DNA of 63,145 bases, the filler included, from Sphacelaria rigidula (Eukaryota): the NCBI GenBank assembly GCA_964200075.2. It is 4 parts of 4 records of this genome, joined end to end, with 100 filler letters (N's around TTAATTAATTAA, not from the genome) between each part and the next. Parts side by side here need not be neighbours in the genome. Positions count along the whole stretch, not along the records: positions 1 to 15,714 come from CAXNAA020001628.1; 3 more parts are not named here. The stretch is one strand, 5' to 3'. The position numbers and the translations under genes were made by a program. Below, piece after piece: positions 1-12,575 of the stretch (the stretch's first letter is position 1; each line of letters begins with the position of its first letter). The notes beneath the pieces are model-generated. The model was not told the origin of the DNA. It saw only the letters and a program-made list of their open reading frames with translations, and made no database searches.

Positions 1-1456
1 GGGGTGCCCGAAACAGACAAAAAAAAACACAACACAGACCTCTTGCGCAAGTACAAGGCGGGGAAAATCACTGTTCAGCGTGAAGAACCAGACGGTAACG
101 GAGGGAAAAAAAGGTTGTAAGTCGCCATTTCAAAATACCAGAGACTGTGCAGTTCCCAAACTCGAACTCCAGGTGTGGTGGTGTGGGCGTACCTCGGCTG
201 TTTTTTCGAAATTCAAAATTCCGGCTGGTGGGTAACAAAGCTTGGGTCCTCAGCTCTTTCGTAGAACCGGTTCCGTACGCAAGTTCTCCAGCATCAGATC
301 TATCTTTCATTTCCCGTGAAAAAATATATTTCTTGACGAGCCTGTTTTCGTCCCCGTTTGCTGCACGCTGTGTTGTGTTTCTCACCATGACACGTCTGTT
401 GTCTGAGGGCTGCAGTCGTGACCTTTCGTTTGATACCATAAAAGGCACCGTGATCCTTCCGTGCGTCTTTGAGCGTGTTCATACCGAGCTTTGAAAGACT
501 TGCAAAATTCAAGAAATGAAAAATCGCGAAAAACAACAAATCTCACCTGCTTGTCGAACGAAAAAATGAGTGAGTTTGAACCTTTTGACAATGTGCCTCC
601 GTAATATTTTTGTTGTTTCAACCCTGGAAATAAAGTACTAGGCGCCTGCACTATTTTTTGTTCATGAGGGTTTTTTCTCGCGACCACTCTTCGATTGAAC
701 TCGTAAGTGCTAGTGTCGGTCGATTTCTGGGAAAATGAACAGATCGTATTTTCCCCTCAGTGCCCAAGTTGGCGCTAGTTGGTTTTATGGGACGATACGA
801 GTGGATACCCCGTTTATCACAAGGGTGGTATTGACCGTGAAACACGGTTTTTCAGCTCTAGTGCAATGAGTAGGTATGATTTCCCAAGAATAATACTGTA
901 CATTTCTTCACAAATACGATAGGGACAAGCTCGATCGACCGAAAATACCGAAGAGTCAGAATCTGGGCCGAAACGTGTCAGGACTCCTCATGATCGGTCA
1001 GCCCGTAAGTCACTCAATATTGAGTACAGACGTTTTTATGTCTTGGAATGTGAAGTGGTATAAGTATCTTGCAGATTCCCAATTTGATGAGCGATGGCAA
1101 GCAAAAGAGCCCAAGAAATCCGTCAATTGCAAAGAAATCACAACATGAATTGTTCAGGCGCCCAGTAGTGTACCTCAAAAATGCATTTCCGTACTAGACT
1201 CAATTTCTTGGGAGTTTGCACCGAACATGAAAATTCTCACGACGTTAAACTTCACGCCGTTTTCTGGAGTTGGACCCTGAAAATGTGTACGTTTCGGGTC
1301 ACAACAAAACTTTTTGTGGACGAGGTTTTGTTTCCTTTTTGTTATTTCACCGATTTTCGGGGGTCCTGGAGGGGTACAGGATCCCTAGGAAACCTTGGGT
1401 CCTCCGGAAACCGATGAAAAAATCGGGAGAGTGGAAAACTCGCTCATCGAAATTTT

Positions 1457-1630
1457 TCACACCTTGGACAATATATGGTTAATAGTTGTGCAATAGACAA
1501 GAAATGTACTGCATAGAGTATAGGCCTATTGCGACTATTGTCGGCCGGCAATAGTTGCAATATGCCTATATTTTATGCAGTACCCTTCTCGTCTATTGCA
1601 TCTATTGACCATATATTGTCCAAGATGTGA
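1457..1630. mobile_element. Fold-back MITE (near-perfect ~175-bp palindrome), CACC(C/T)TGGAC-terminus family
   Basis: Left end tcacaccttggacaatatatggtt pairs with right end accatatattgtccaagatgtga. Arms pair through to the centre (ttgtcggccggcaa, ~1545). The terminus resembles that of the 17710-18610 element. Confidence 0.75.
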
Positions 1631-1744
1631 TATTTCTGTAATGACCCATGATATATGTGTGCAAATTCTCAGTCTTACGTAAAATAGAAGCGTCAAGTAT
1701 TGCCGATGAATAAAACTCGGGTGATACGCCTGGGCCAGCCTGGA

Positions 1745-2270
1745 AACAGCGTATTATCGAAATTAATGATGGAGCTATTCATTGAGGATCATGTCCCGGG
1801 AAATTAAAGTGTTCGTATCCACACCAATTCTTCGCAATGTGGTCGCATTCCTTAATCTACTGGTAGCTTTTGACAACTGCTACACGCCATTCAAATTTGG
1901 ATTTCCGATAACCGAAATATTTGGGGTCCTAGCGTCAGGGTTTTAGCTCGGACCACCTACACTCCACAGAATTGTTCTTCACCTATGATCCCAACATTTC
2001 GGTTGTCGGAATCCAAATTTGTATGGCATGTGGTGGTTGTCAATAGCGGGTCATCGAAATTCCCCACAAATGTTTTTTCACCTAGGGCCCCAACATTTCG
2101 GTAATCGGAATTTAAATTTATACGGCGTGTGGTAGTTGTCTATGGACACCATTGGGTAAAGGAATGCAACTATATTGCGAAGAATTGGTGTGGATACGAA
2201 GATTTTAATTCTCACCGTTATCATCCTTGCTGACAAGCTCCATCCTCAATTTCGATGATCGACTGTTTAG
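1745..2270. mobile_element. Non-autonomous long-inverted-repeat element (MITE-like)
   Basis: Arm ~1745-1932 (atcgaaatt...ttcgtatccacaccaattcttcgcaat...ggggtcctag) is the reverse complement of ~2082-2270 (ctagggcccc...attgcgaagaattggtgtggatacgaa...aatttcgat). Homologous copies lie at ~32510-32950 and ~61920-62075. Confidence 0.7.
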
Positions 2271-2704
2271 ATGGGATTCGGCTAAGCAGGTTGAAACAAG
2301 GAAAAACAGTGTTATTACTGTTCGGTATCATGGGGGCATTAGCGTCGGAGAATTTGTATCTCACAGTACATTGATTCATGTTCCGCAGTCTCAAATGTCT
2401 CGGGCTCAGAGGGGAGGTCATCGCGGGAAGAGGGGTGTGCACGATCCGCACCAACAGCTGGCTCCACGGGCGATATGCAGAAGTAGAGAAAGCCGCATCA
2501 CGCACGAGATCCGTCATGGCATACATCGCAAGCGATTGCTACTAGAAAAAAGTCGTGTCCCGGTAGTACGCGACGAAGTTTTCTGCAGGTTTCTCTACAT
2601 GCTGATCCCACTATACGCGCATGGATCTTGAATCATCCTTGTATATAATACATACGTATAATACTGCTTGCTGCCTGTGTACGTGGTATACCACCCCTCG
2701 CTGT

Positions 2705-3023
2705 GCCACATTTTACAGAGCTTTCTATGTTGCAGCTAAGCGTGCATTTGACGTCGGTGGCGCACACAGGAGTGAAAGGCCGCGTCCGCCACTATTGTGG
2801 TTTCCTGTATCTTGGGCGAAGCTATATGGTAACAGCCGCTATGGCGCGCAGGCCGGCTGTAACATTTCACACCGTGGAGATTGCTACACTGTCTCTAAGT
2901 GTACTGCGATTAATTCCCAGTATTGCGACACGTTGCAATAGGCATAGATTCCATACTGTCCACAGTATACTCTTTGACACTGTATACTATACTGACTGTA
3001 GAAAGCTCTGGTCCAGGGTGTAG
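2705..3023. mobile_element. Degenerate TIR element of the CACCCTGGAC-terminus family
   Basis: Right end tagaaagctctggtccagggtgta; left end retains cagagctttcta (~2716-2727). The interior has repeated cagtat/atactg motifs. Confidence 0.4.
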
Positions 3024-3485
3024 TACATTTCCACATTTGTTGAGCCTTGAGGTCGTGTAATGATCGAAAACACATGACCGAAGTCGAAGTCGGGCAACCA
3101 CCGAAATATTCACGTGCAAACCCTGTGCGACTGTACTCTGACTCGATACCGCTAGAAGAACACCACTACAACGATCAGTCCGGCTGCCAGGCTGTTTGCA
3201 CGGCCGTCCCGATAGTGGTGGGACTGTCTGCAACGGGATGTCGCCACCCCTGCCAGGTACGCTGGCAAGGGTCCGTGGCGCAAACAACTGGTAGCGCGAT
3301 AGGATCTTAACCTTCGCATGTCGCGCTTTTTGGAGCGGCAGCGTTTAGCATCCAACCATCACATCTATAACGGAGACAAACCGATGTTTCTTTGCTGGGT
3401 TTCTCCGAGCGTTCATCCACAACTGGGCGAAGATTTATGATGAGGTTGGCAAGATCCGTCGCTGCGTGCGTGCCCGACTGACACC

Positions 3486-3842
3486 GTGTGTGTTGTATGT
3501 GTTGCCGACCGATCCATTCTGGACGCCGGTCTTCCCCTTTCCGTATTTGTGGGTATACCAGCCGGGGTCATATGGGAAAAAGGTCAACACATGAGTTTTT
3601 ACTTTTTTGTTTTGCTTTAGTTCTCCACCTTGCTTCTGCGGTGCTTGCCTTCCTTTTTCATCGCGAGAGGGGCTCAGCAGTCGCTTTCCCTCGTCGACCA
3701 TTAAAGAATATTGTGAAACCACGACATGGTCGCTCTCCACTATAAGGCATTTTATGTGGAAAATCCCAGATCGCTGAGATTCAAACACACGACCCAACCG
3801 TCAGAAGGTTTGGAGGTTACCGACTAAGCCACCGGGGCGACT
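3486..3842 (-). mobile_element. tRNA-derived SINE, family B
   Basis: Homologous to 21935-22274 and 48463-48856. tRNA-like head on the minus strand (gccccggtggcttagtcggt...), conserved body (ccagccggggtca, cttctgcggtgcttgcct) and (CA)-rich tail. Confidence 0.7.
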
Positions 3843-3971
3843 AGTACACCGTACCCATCATGATCGTCATCATACAGCAGGGTGTTGAAAAAATGAAATC
3901 TGACGCGTCGGTGGTATTCACCGTTTCAATGCAGACCGGTCCCTCAGCGACTTCCGCGCTGCAGCTGTGAC

Positions 3972-4403
3972 TGTGACGAAATTACGCCGTTACGTTGAGT
4001 TGGTAGTGATGATCCGGATAATGACCGGGGACACGGGGATGATACCCTGACGGGTCCATGAGGCTGTGCCTGCAAGGGCACCCCGGATAATGAAATGTTG
4101 TGAAGGCTCCAAGGGCAGGTCGAGTAGTGTTTACTCAATCGCGGGGTGTTTGAAAAGTCGTACTCAAAGTCACATATTGGGGGAAGGGTTTGAGGGATCG
4201 CTTTCCAGTTACTTTTTGGAAACGACTGCTAACACTCTACCCTAATTTGAATACCTCAAGTGCATCTTTCAAAATACCCCGCAATTGAGTATACTCTACT
4301 CGACCTGCCCTTGGAAGGCTCGCAATTGAAACCGAGGCCAGTGCGACTGGGGAGTCCCTCAAACAGCAGTGATCCAGCAGTTCTTCTTCTGGCTGGCGTC
4401 ACA
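3972..4403 (+). repeat. 5' LTR (interrupted by a hAT-type MITE)
   Basis: TG...CA bounded; colinear with 6641-6860 once the 4110-4313 insertion and its TSD are removed. Confidence 0.85.
4110..4313. mobile_element. hAT-type MITE (~200 bp) with 8-bp TSD
   Basis: TIRs caagggcaggtcgagtag / ctactcgacctgcccttg; flanking direct repeat gaaggctc at 4102-4109 and 4314-4321. The empty site (single aaaggctc) is visible in the 3' LTR. A second copy lies at 57734-57927. Confidence 0.9.
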
Positions 4404-4479
4404 ATTTTTTTTTCCTACCCCAATGGCACTCAGAAGCATCCGGTGTGGCGCAACGCTACTACGAACCCTTGAAACTACA

Positions 4480-6560
4480 TCGTGGACGGCAGCGAAGGAT
4501 TTGGTGGCCCATGCCGTAACGCTGTTGCAATTTCGTGCTGGTTGCCAGGTGTTGTTGCCGAATGCTTCTGCGTGCCATTGGGGTAGTTTTGTCATGTGGG
4601 TGCCTAAAGTTGAGATGCAAAGACGCTTACCGGTTGAGGATATGACGCATGAACCGCTGGCTTTTCTCAGTGCTAATTTCAAGGGTTCCTAATTGCGTTG
4701 GGCCACATTTGACAAAAAAGGCTTTGCCATCGTGAACACTTTTCGTCGTTTAGAGCATCTTTTGTGGGATGTCGTGCACATTTTCACGGATCACCGAAAT
4801 CTCGTGTATGTTTTCAACCCGGAAGCGTGAGTTACGTCTGTGTCGAAGGCGTTGGCACAACGTTTGGAGGCTTGGAAAGCTGTTCTTGGCCAGTATTGTC
4901 ACTCGATTTGCCACTTTTCAGTGGCCGTAACGCGTGGGGTGACTCGCTTTCGAGTGAATATTCCGGCTTTGCCTGTGCGTGCTGTGGCTGTGCATGGTCC
5001 GTGTGGATCTCATGACTCGATGCTCAAATCTGTTGTCCGCCAAGCGCAACGAAAAGACCTTGGGGCCGAAGATGCGGATGTGAAGTATTCCGAGTCGGAC
5101 ATTGGTACTGCTATCTTCAACAATGACGGTCAGTTTTGTGTTCATGTGCGTGGCCAAAACGTTTTGGAGATTCCGAGCTCTGACAAGCAGTTGCAGGTAC
5201 GTCTGATGATTAGCGCGCACATGCGCGACGCCGGGCATCGTGGGGTGGCTGTGACGCTTGTGCGCTTGCTAGAGTTTTGTGTCTGGCAGGGGATAGAAAC
5301 TCATGTGCGCGAATATTTTCGCCAGTGTCTTACTGTGCTGACTCGAGGGTGGGCGATGTTGTTCCCCGCCCGCTCGGTGAAACGGTCCATGGGACCATGC
5401 CGAATGAAGTCGCCCATTTTGACATCTTGTACGTGTGCGGCAGTGGCCCGTTAGCTTCCCAAGGTTTGTCGGAGGATGCTGGGTTTTGATACATTTCGGT
5501 AATCATGGATTAATCAACTTCGTGTCTCTGAAACCAGTAACAGTATATACTGCTGCATCGACTGTTGCTTTGCTAGATTGGTGCATGACTTTGTGGGTGC
5601 CGCGTGTGTGAGTGAGTGACACCGGCACGCATTTCAAGAGTGCGATTTTGGTCCCATTGCGAGAGGCTTCGCACGTTGATCACCAGTTTGCGGTAGCGTA
5701 TTCTCCGTAGTCGAACGGTACGTGCGAACGCATGGTCAAGGAAGTAGTTCGAGCTCTTCGCTCTATTCTTCTCGAGCAGCGTAGAGCGGTTTCCGAGTGG
5801 GTGGATGTCTTGCCTGCGGTGCAACGGGCGCGCAATACAGCGTATCGTCGTCATTACAACAGTACGCCGTTCCACGTGATGTTTGGTCGTGCTCCTCGGA
5901 CGTCTTTCTCATTGTTGGCGTCTTAGTCGGCGGGAGAATGGAAATGTGATGTCTTGGATGATGGTCAAATGGGGCGTTCATTGCAAGGGGTCTTGGACTT
6001 GCAAGAACGTTTCCACCTTCAAGTGCAGGAACGTGTTGCCGCTGAACGTGCGCGTAGACGTGGGGGGTCCTCGTCGGGGCTGGAATTGCCGAATTTTTAG
6101 GTAGACGACTACGTATTTTATGCACGCGTGCGTCGTCCGGGCGTAACGCCCAACTTGATGGCGACGTGAACTGGTCCGTGGAGAGTGGTCGGTGCTCACC
6201 ACCCGCACGTGTGTTGAGATCCAGAGTATTGTTTCGGGTCGTGTTCAGACCGCCCATGTAGTTCTGTTGCATTTTATGCAGACTCGCAACTTCATGTTAC
6301 GGCTAACGTTAAGGACGTGTTCCAGCAAGCTTTCAATCGAAGACAATTTCAGATGGGTGGTATCGTCCGAGTGGCAGAAGCAGACGATCATTCGTTGATC
6401 GTGTTGGTCGACTGGGTTGATTTTCAAGTCGAGGAGCGTACGTGGGAGCCTTTCAAAGATACTGTTGAGGCCGCTCTGGAATATCTCACGAAGGAGTTGC
6501 GCAAGTTGCTCGTGACTCGTGCCGCTGCCGCTCGCATTACGCGTGAGTCTGGTATTCAGT
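4480..6560 (+). pseudogene. Gypsy pol remnant (RNase H, integrase, chromodomain)
   Basis: Fragments in ORFs 4369-4692, 4840-5454, 5732-5926 and 6317-6763 carry recognisable pol motifs separated by stops and frameshifts. Confidence 0.85.
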
Positions 6561-6640
6561 TGTTACTTAGCTCATCGTTTTGGCGTTTTTCATGTGTCGA
6601 GTTTGTTGCTCGATTTTCGTCCTACGCGCTTTGGGGGTGC

Positions 6641-6860
6641 TGTGACGAAAATACGCCGTTACGTGGAGTTGGTAGTGATGATCCGGATAATGACCGGGGA
6701 CACGGGGATGATGCCCTCACGGGTCTACGAGGCTGTGCCTGCAAGGGCACTCTGGATGGTTGAATGTTGTAAAGGCTCTCAACTGAAACTGAGGCCAGTG
6801 CGATTGGGGATTTCCTCAGACAGCAGTGATCCAGCAGTTCTTTTTCTGGCTGGCGTCATG
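6641..6860 (+). repeat. 3' LTR
   Basis: Diverged direct repeat of the 5' LTR, following the PPT-like tract. Confidence 0.85.
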
Positions 6861-8399
6861 GACTGTAGCACCTTCCTCTAGTACAAATTTCCACATCCTC
6901 CAAATTCGGGCGTCATCTTAAGCGGGGTGCGGATTCCCTTCACGCCGAAAACACGGCCTCCATGATATCGAAAAGGATCAACACTGAAAAACGGCACGTG
7001 TGCGTATGTGATATTTTGTAATGAACCTATGGAGTGGGGGGGGAAATGGAATCCATCCACTGCACGCCTATCGATGTTCGGATTCGGATACGAGAAATGC
7101 AACGAAAAAATCGAAAGGTCCTGCAGTCAATCTTACGGCTGGTTGCTCTACACATGTCAACCCGGACATGGTGAAATTCTAAGCTGAAACACAAACACAT
7201 AACGCTGATCCGGGGCCGAACGAAATCAGACAGTGGTCAGGAGAAGGTATACAGACAGTACATTGTTATTCTATCCATTTGACGATGCAGCTCGGCGCAG
7301 ACGTTACTAAGGTCGTATCTGTACGTGTATATCCGAGATATTCTCACGCCTTGGATGCCGACTCCACCTCGGAACACTTTTCTCCACTGACAGTCCACGG
7401 GTGTCCCAGAACAAACTGTCATTATCCAGACTGTCCAAGTACAGATCGATATTTTCTTGCCAGCGCAGCAGCCGCTCAGGTGCCCATGATTTGGAATTTA
7501 GTGCGCCAGCTTTTCCAAATATGAATTCACTCACGGTGCACTAAGTCTGGGCTGCGGGCGTTTCGACGGGGCATCGCCGGTATTATCTGAGATTGGTATA
7601 CGCATTGTTGGTTTTTTAGCACGGCCCGAACGTGCCGCCGATTGGTGCACCTGCTGCCTGTGTTTTATCCGACTGATGCGCGGAGTTTCACGGCGGTCGG
7701 TCTAGCCGCGGGGGAGAAATCCACAATCTTCATCAAGTGTAAGCTTCTGTAGTTGTGTAAGAAGTGGCAACAGTTGCCCCCGTCTGTACCCCGTGGCCAT
7801 CACCAGGGACTGGCGACCTCCGAAATATTACGATATGTCCTGAAAAAAGAGTATCCTTCATCAAAGCGCAAAAGTTAGCTGGCACATCCCCGCATGCGCC
7901 GCGCTGACAAATATTCGCTGCGAAACAAATTCTACAAAGAGCCATCGTGTTCCGACACGACTGCTGCATGTTTTGTAACATATCGGTGGGAGAGGCATCT
8001 CAGGACAAGTATTGCCCGTAAGCGACGGCATACCCCTTCGTCATTTTGCTTCTGCCGTGTTGCCGTGGCAATACGTTCTGCGGCTGAAGTGTTGTGCCAT
8101 TTGTATGCATCGTGCCCGGAGACTCACGAGTATGGGACGGAGTGTCAAGGTCGTGAAGCAGATGTTTTCTCCCTAGTGCTGGGAGTTCATGCAGCAGCAG
8201 ATCATCGCCGAAAGAACGGTATCGCGGGTGCCCCGCGACAAAAGTTCTTCATGAACCACGTATCCCTTGGCGAAAGTCTCACATGGTAAACATCTCTCCT
8301 CCACTGGTGAGAAAATAAGCATACCCCGACTAGTGATCCCGACAAGCAATAGTGTTAATTCTTGCTTCATTGTCGAGACTCTGGACCTGTTTCCACACC

Positions 8400-9100
8400 A
8401 TCCCTCCAACGTTTCCTAAACGTTTGCCGTGTTCCAATCAAACGGCGGAAAAACATCAAGTGCTCCACCGGTTGACGATTCAGCTCATATATTTTTCGCA
8501 CATGTTTTTCCACAAGCTGTCCGAGATTTCGGGCGGGGGGGGGGAGGAGGGGGGAATAGTCTCGGCAATAAAACTCTTCAANNNNNNNNNNGTGTTGATG
8601 ATGATGATGTTTTTTTTTTGGATGGTTTTGTGACAGACGCGGTCGGTTGTGGGGGGGGGGGGGGGGGAGGAGGGGGGAATAGTCTCGGCAATAAAACTCC
8701 TCAAAGGCAACTGACACCAAGAAAAAAGAGCAGAAGAAGAAAAACAGAATGGGTACAAGCCTACATGAACAGGCATATGTTGCAGGTGTTGCACATGTAC
8801 CAAAGTTACCGTTCCAAAGTTCCTCCTCTTCCCAGCGCATGGACTCCTCTTCAATGGTGCAGGGGCATGTCATCCGCCCCAAGCCTTGAATTACTGCTGT
8901 TAGACACTTGCAATGGCACATCAGTACACAAAACGCGTATGCTTCTTGCCGACACTGTGGATCCGTGAAGTAAAAACGACAGGAGGCCCTGCGAAGTCAA
9001 CGCCATGAGCGCCAGGAGAGCGCAAATGGGCCGCGTCATGAAATAGAAACTGTGCCCAAGAGTGCAATGGAGCGGGAAACAAAAAGAAGGAGGCATAATC
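8400..9100 (-). pseudogene. Possible Tc1/IS630-like DDE transposase relic
   Basis: Minus-strand fragments ADDMPLHH (cf. DNAxxH) followed by YSPLLPP..RNLGQLVEKHVR (cf. YSPxLNPIE..W..VK) in the expected order. Heavily decayed and spans a small N gap. Confidence 0.3.
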
Positions 9101-9124
9101 AGCATATACTAGCGACCGCCAGTC

Positions 9125-9357
9125 GTGTGTGCGTGTGTGTGTGTTGTCTTCCCATATATTCTGGATGCCAGTCTACACCTTTCGCGGTCCATGTGGGCGC
9201 ACCAGCCGGGGTCACACGAAAGGATTTTTTCATGTCTTTCTTTTACTTGTCCGCGTTCCTTCTGCGGTGGTTGCCTTACCTTTTCATCGAGAGAGGGATT
9301 CAGCGCTCCCTTTTCCTCGTCGACCGTAAAGCCGGTTTTTGTGTACCCACGACCTAA
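9125..9357 (-). mobile_element. SINE family B, partial copy
   Basis: Body motifs attctgga.gccagtctacaccttt, gtgggcgcaccagccggggtcacac and cctcgtcgaccg are shared with other copies. Confidence 0.65.
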
Positions 9358-9579
9358 CCCCGAAAAAACCTAAATTTTCAGCATAATATACTCTCAAATA
9401 ACTGGTTGTACGAAGGAAAAATATAGAACAAAACCGACAGGAACGGAATGGGGCAACGCCCATGCACGAATGCAACCTGTTGCAGGCTTTGCGAACGTTG
9501 GTGATATGTTGTGCCGATATTCCTTCATTGTGCAGCACTACAGGTGCGCACAAATTAAGTGAACGTTACTTCTGCATTT

Positions 9580-10508
9580 GCCACAACGTCCGACTTTTCA
9601 CCGCATGCTCACCTGCCGTATACAAGACCCCTCACCTCAGGGCGACTTCCACGCTACCACGCAACGATACCTCGTTGCAGGTACCGTTCCACGATGTCCC
9701 CGCCCCCCCCCCCGTCTCCGCTGGAATCGGAAGAAGTGTCAAACGAGGTGCTTTAATCAGTCTCCGACTCACTCGCCACTGATGCGCCGCTACTGTTACC
9801 CTCGACTCTTTTTCATCCCCACCCCTCTCCTCGAGTGACTGAATCCCATTTTGCACCGATAGTCGGAGCGCACCGCCCCTTGCACCGCATCATACGGGGT
9901 GGAGATACTTCGCGGACGTCGCGCACGTGCACACGCGCTTGTACTCGTGCGCTTCTCCGCCGCCACAGGGTTGCAGCAGCACAGAAGACGTATGATCTTG
10001 CCCGCGGAGTCCGTGTATGCGTGGTCGGACAAGTTGACGACCACATGAACGTTCACGAAAACATTGATGTGGTCGTCAACTTGTCCAACCATGCATACAC
10101 GGACTCCGCGGGCAAGATCAAACGTCTTCTGTGCTGCCGCAACCCTGTGGCGGCGGAGAAGCGCACAAGTGCAAGCGCGTGTGCACGGGCGCGACGTTCG
10201 GGAAGGATTCCCACCCCACATTATTCGGTTCAAGGGGCGGTGCGCTCCGACTATCGGTGCAAAATGAGATTCAGTCACTCAAGGAGAGGTGTGGGAGTGA
10301 AAACGAGTCGAGGGTAACAGTAGCAGCGCATCAGTGGCGAGTGGGTCGGAACCTGATTAAAGCACCTCGTTGGAGGCCTTGGCCGATTTCGGCAGAGATG
10401 GGGACATCGTGGAATGGTAACTGCAAGGTTATCGGTGCGCAATGAAGTGGAAGTCACCCTGAGGTGACAGGTGCTGTAAGTATGCGGTGGAAAGTCGCAC
10501 GTTGTGGC
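9580..10508. repeat. ~930-bp palindrome (fold-back with almost no spacer)
   Basis: gccacaacg at 9580 pairs with cgttgtggc ending at 10508; centre ~10056. The mirror-image ORFs 9796-10278(-) and 9835-10317(+) confirm the symmetry. Confidence 0.9.
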
Positions 10509-11904
10509 TTTTTTTTTGTCACGAAAAATGGTCGTCCCGTCAGTTTTGTTCTTGTCGTGCCCCCCCTGCGATTCCTCGTACCAAACTTTCGAAAACATGA
10601 CTCTAAACACTGAGTCGAGGGTCAAAAACGTCATTTTCCCGCCAAAAATGTTCTGAATTCATTCAAAGGAAGAAAAAAAACAGGCTCCGGCAGTTTCGTG
10701 TTTTGGTAATTCCTTTCGATACTCTACATCAATTTCCAAAGCACGACTCTCAAGTCGAGGTGAAATTCCCAGACAGATAAAAACGACGCTTCGTGAGATT
10801 GGGAGCCTAACGTTGATCGAGGGTGAGTTTTATTGTTCGCTGTAGCTTGACCAATTTTTCATTTTGCGTTTGCTTTTCTTTGCCTGTAATGCCGTCGTGT
10901 GCTTACAGCTACACGTCGATACCCTACTTGGGTATATCTTGAGGCTCCAGTGGCAAGCTTCGTTATAAAGCGTGTTGGGCCTCGCATAACGCCCCGACGG
11001 GCATTTCGGAACTGAAACCATTTCGTAAATTGATTGATCGTTCGATTGATTGATTGATTATCTCACATTAGCTGATTGCAACAATCCAGCCCGTGGTCAG
11101 GAGCAACAAAGAAACCCCAGAATAATGAAAAAGAAAAGCAGGGAAGGAGCAGGAAAAGACAGAAGCAACAGCCTCAAAGATAAATAAATAAAGGGAGCAG
11201 CGATAACTGGACTCTCAATCTCACGAAAATATTGTTATTAGTGCATTTAGTACCCCTGCTTGTAATACACTGAGCTTAGGCTGGAATATTATTTGCACAG
11301 TATCTCTGGATAGAGAACGAGTTAGGTGAAGGTGAGAGTATCCATCGTTTCGCCGTGCTCCAAGGAATTTTCGGACATAAAATCATGACCATCCGCTGCA
11401 CATGTCGTTCGGGGTCTCCGCAGACTTTACTATAAACCTTACCTCCGTAACTCATGGGACATACTTGACATTCCGTTTAATCCACGACAAGAAAAAAAAA
11501 CTCCAGGCTGTACAGCAGATAGTCATCTGCTATTTAATAAGACGAGTAATAAAACAACAGTGCGGATCATGGCCCAGTTTGTCTGTGTCGACAAAATACG
11601 GCTGTCAAAACTTGAATCCGATTTTGGGCTGGCCCAGCTCGTACCCGCCTCCCTGTGTACCTGCCTATCTACCTCCCTGGCTATAAGACGACACACCGCA
11701 CACCGTGCCACCTACCAATAGTTAGAAGCAGGTAGGCGGCTGGTGCATGGGTGAAAAGGTTTTGAGATCGGAAAAAAAATCTGCACAAGTGAAGAGATGT
11801 GGAAGCTGAAGCAGTAAGCCCGGGGCCGACAAGAAAAGAAACTTGGTGCCAGCAAAATACAAAATAAGGCCGAAAAGTGTTATTTTGGGGGGCCCACATT
11901 TTTT

Positions 11905-12208
11905 TTTGTCGCACTTTGAACCCCTCCCCTTCCTCGGGATGGCTCCGTGGTCTCGAGGGATCAACCCATGTCTCCCCCGGTACACGCCTTGCATTTTGGT
12001 CTCGCGGAATGAGTCATGACTATCAGCACTCCCGCGCCGCGTCAACCGACGTCAGACAAGCTCAGTCGACTACTTTGTTTAATCACGGTTTCACGCTTTC
12101 CACGGTGGAAATCAGACATGACGAAGAAAAAGCCCAACGCATCGGGAATCGAACCCTCTTTCTCTCTACCCTAATGGCGACAGTCGGACCATTACACCAC
12201 CGGGGCGC
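11905..12208 (-). mobile_element. tRNA-derived SINE, family C
   Basis: Minus-strand head cgccccggtggtgtaatggt...gggttcgattccc (A and B boxes). The body is shared with 41437-41640 and 56648-56830. Confidence 0.7.
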
Positions 12209-12575
12209 GGCATACAAAACAAGAAAGAAAAAATGATCCTACGGGGCAGAGGCGTAGGGTGCACATTCTGAGAGTCGAAATGCGAGCATCGGCGATAGCG
12301 CCGTCGGATGCATGTGTTTGGAATAGAAACATGAAGCCGCCTGTATGTCGTATGCGTGGTGCCCACCGAAGTGATCGTTACAGGGCAGCCGGCACTACTC
12401 CCTCTGAATGTTGGATCTGTGCGCACTAATGGTCTTACTTCACCGAGCTCTGCCTCTACGCACGTTTCGACGCCCTTCCGGAATCCATCTGCACTCCTGC
12501 GCGCGCTCCCATAGAGATTCGTGACGTGCTGGGGAAGGACACGGTGGGTATCGTCACGAAACAAACCATCCCTTC

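Larger units (their letters stand above)
3972..6860 (+). mobile_element. Ty3/gypsy chromovirus-type LTR retrotransposon, internally deleted and pseudogenised
   Basis: 5' LTR 3972-4403 (tgtgacgaaa...ggcgtcaca) and 3' LTR 6641-6860 are direct repeats; a G-rich PPT-like tract (ttgggggtgc) precedes the 3' LTR. The interior has RNase H (HEPLAFLS..FKGS*LRWAT.DK.GFAI, FTDHRNL), the integrase His pair (AHMRDAGHRG) and core, and a chromodomain (VLVDWVDF..EERTWEP), broken by stops and frameshifts. No gag, protease or RT. Confidence 0.9.

Noticed and set aside
8535-8702. Direct duplication of gggaggaggggggaatagtctcggcaataaaactc around a short N run
   Set aside because: Flanks a gap and poly-G tracts; likely an assembly overlap artefact or unresolved insertion.
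9796-10317. Pair of similar 160-aa ORFs on opposite strands
   Set aside because: A consequence of the DNA palindrome, not two genes.
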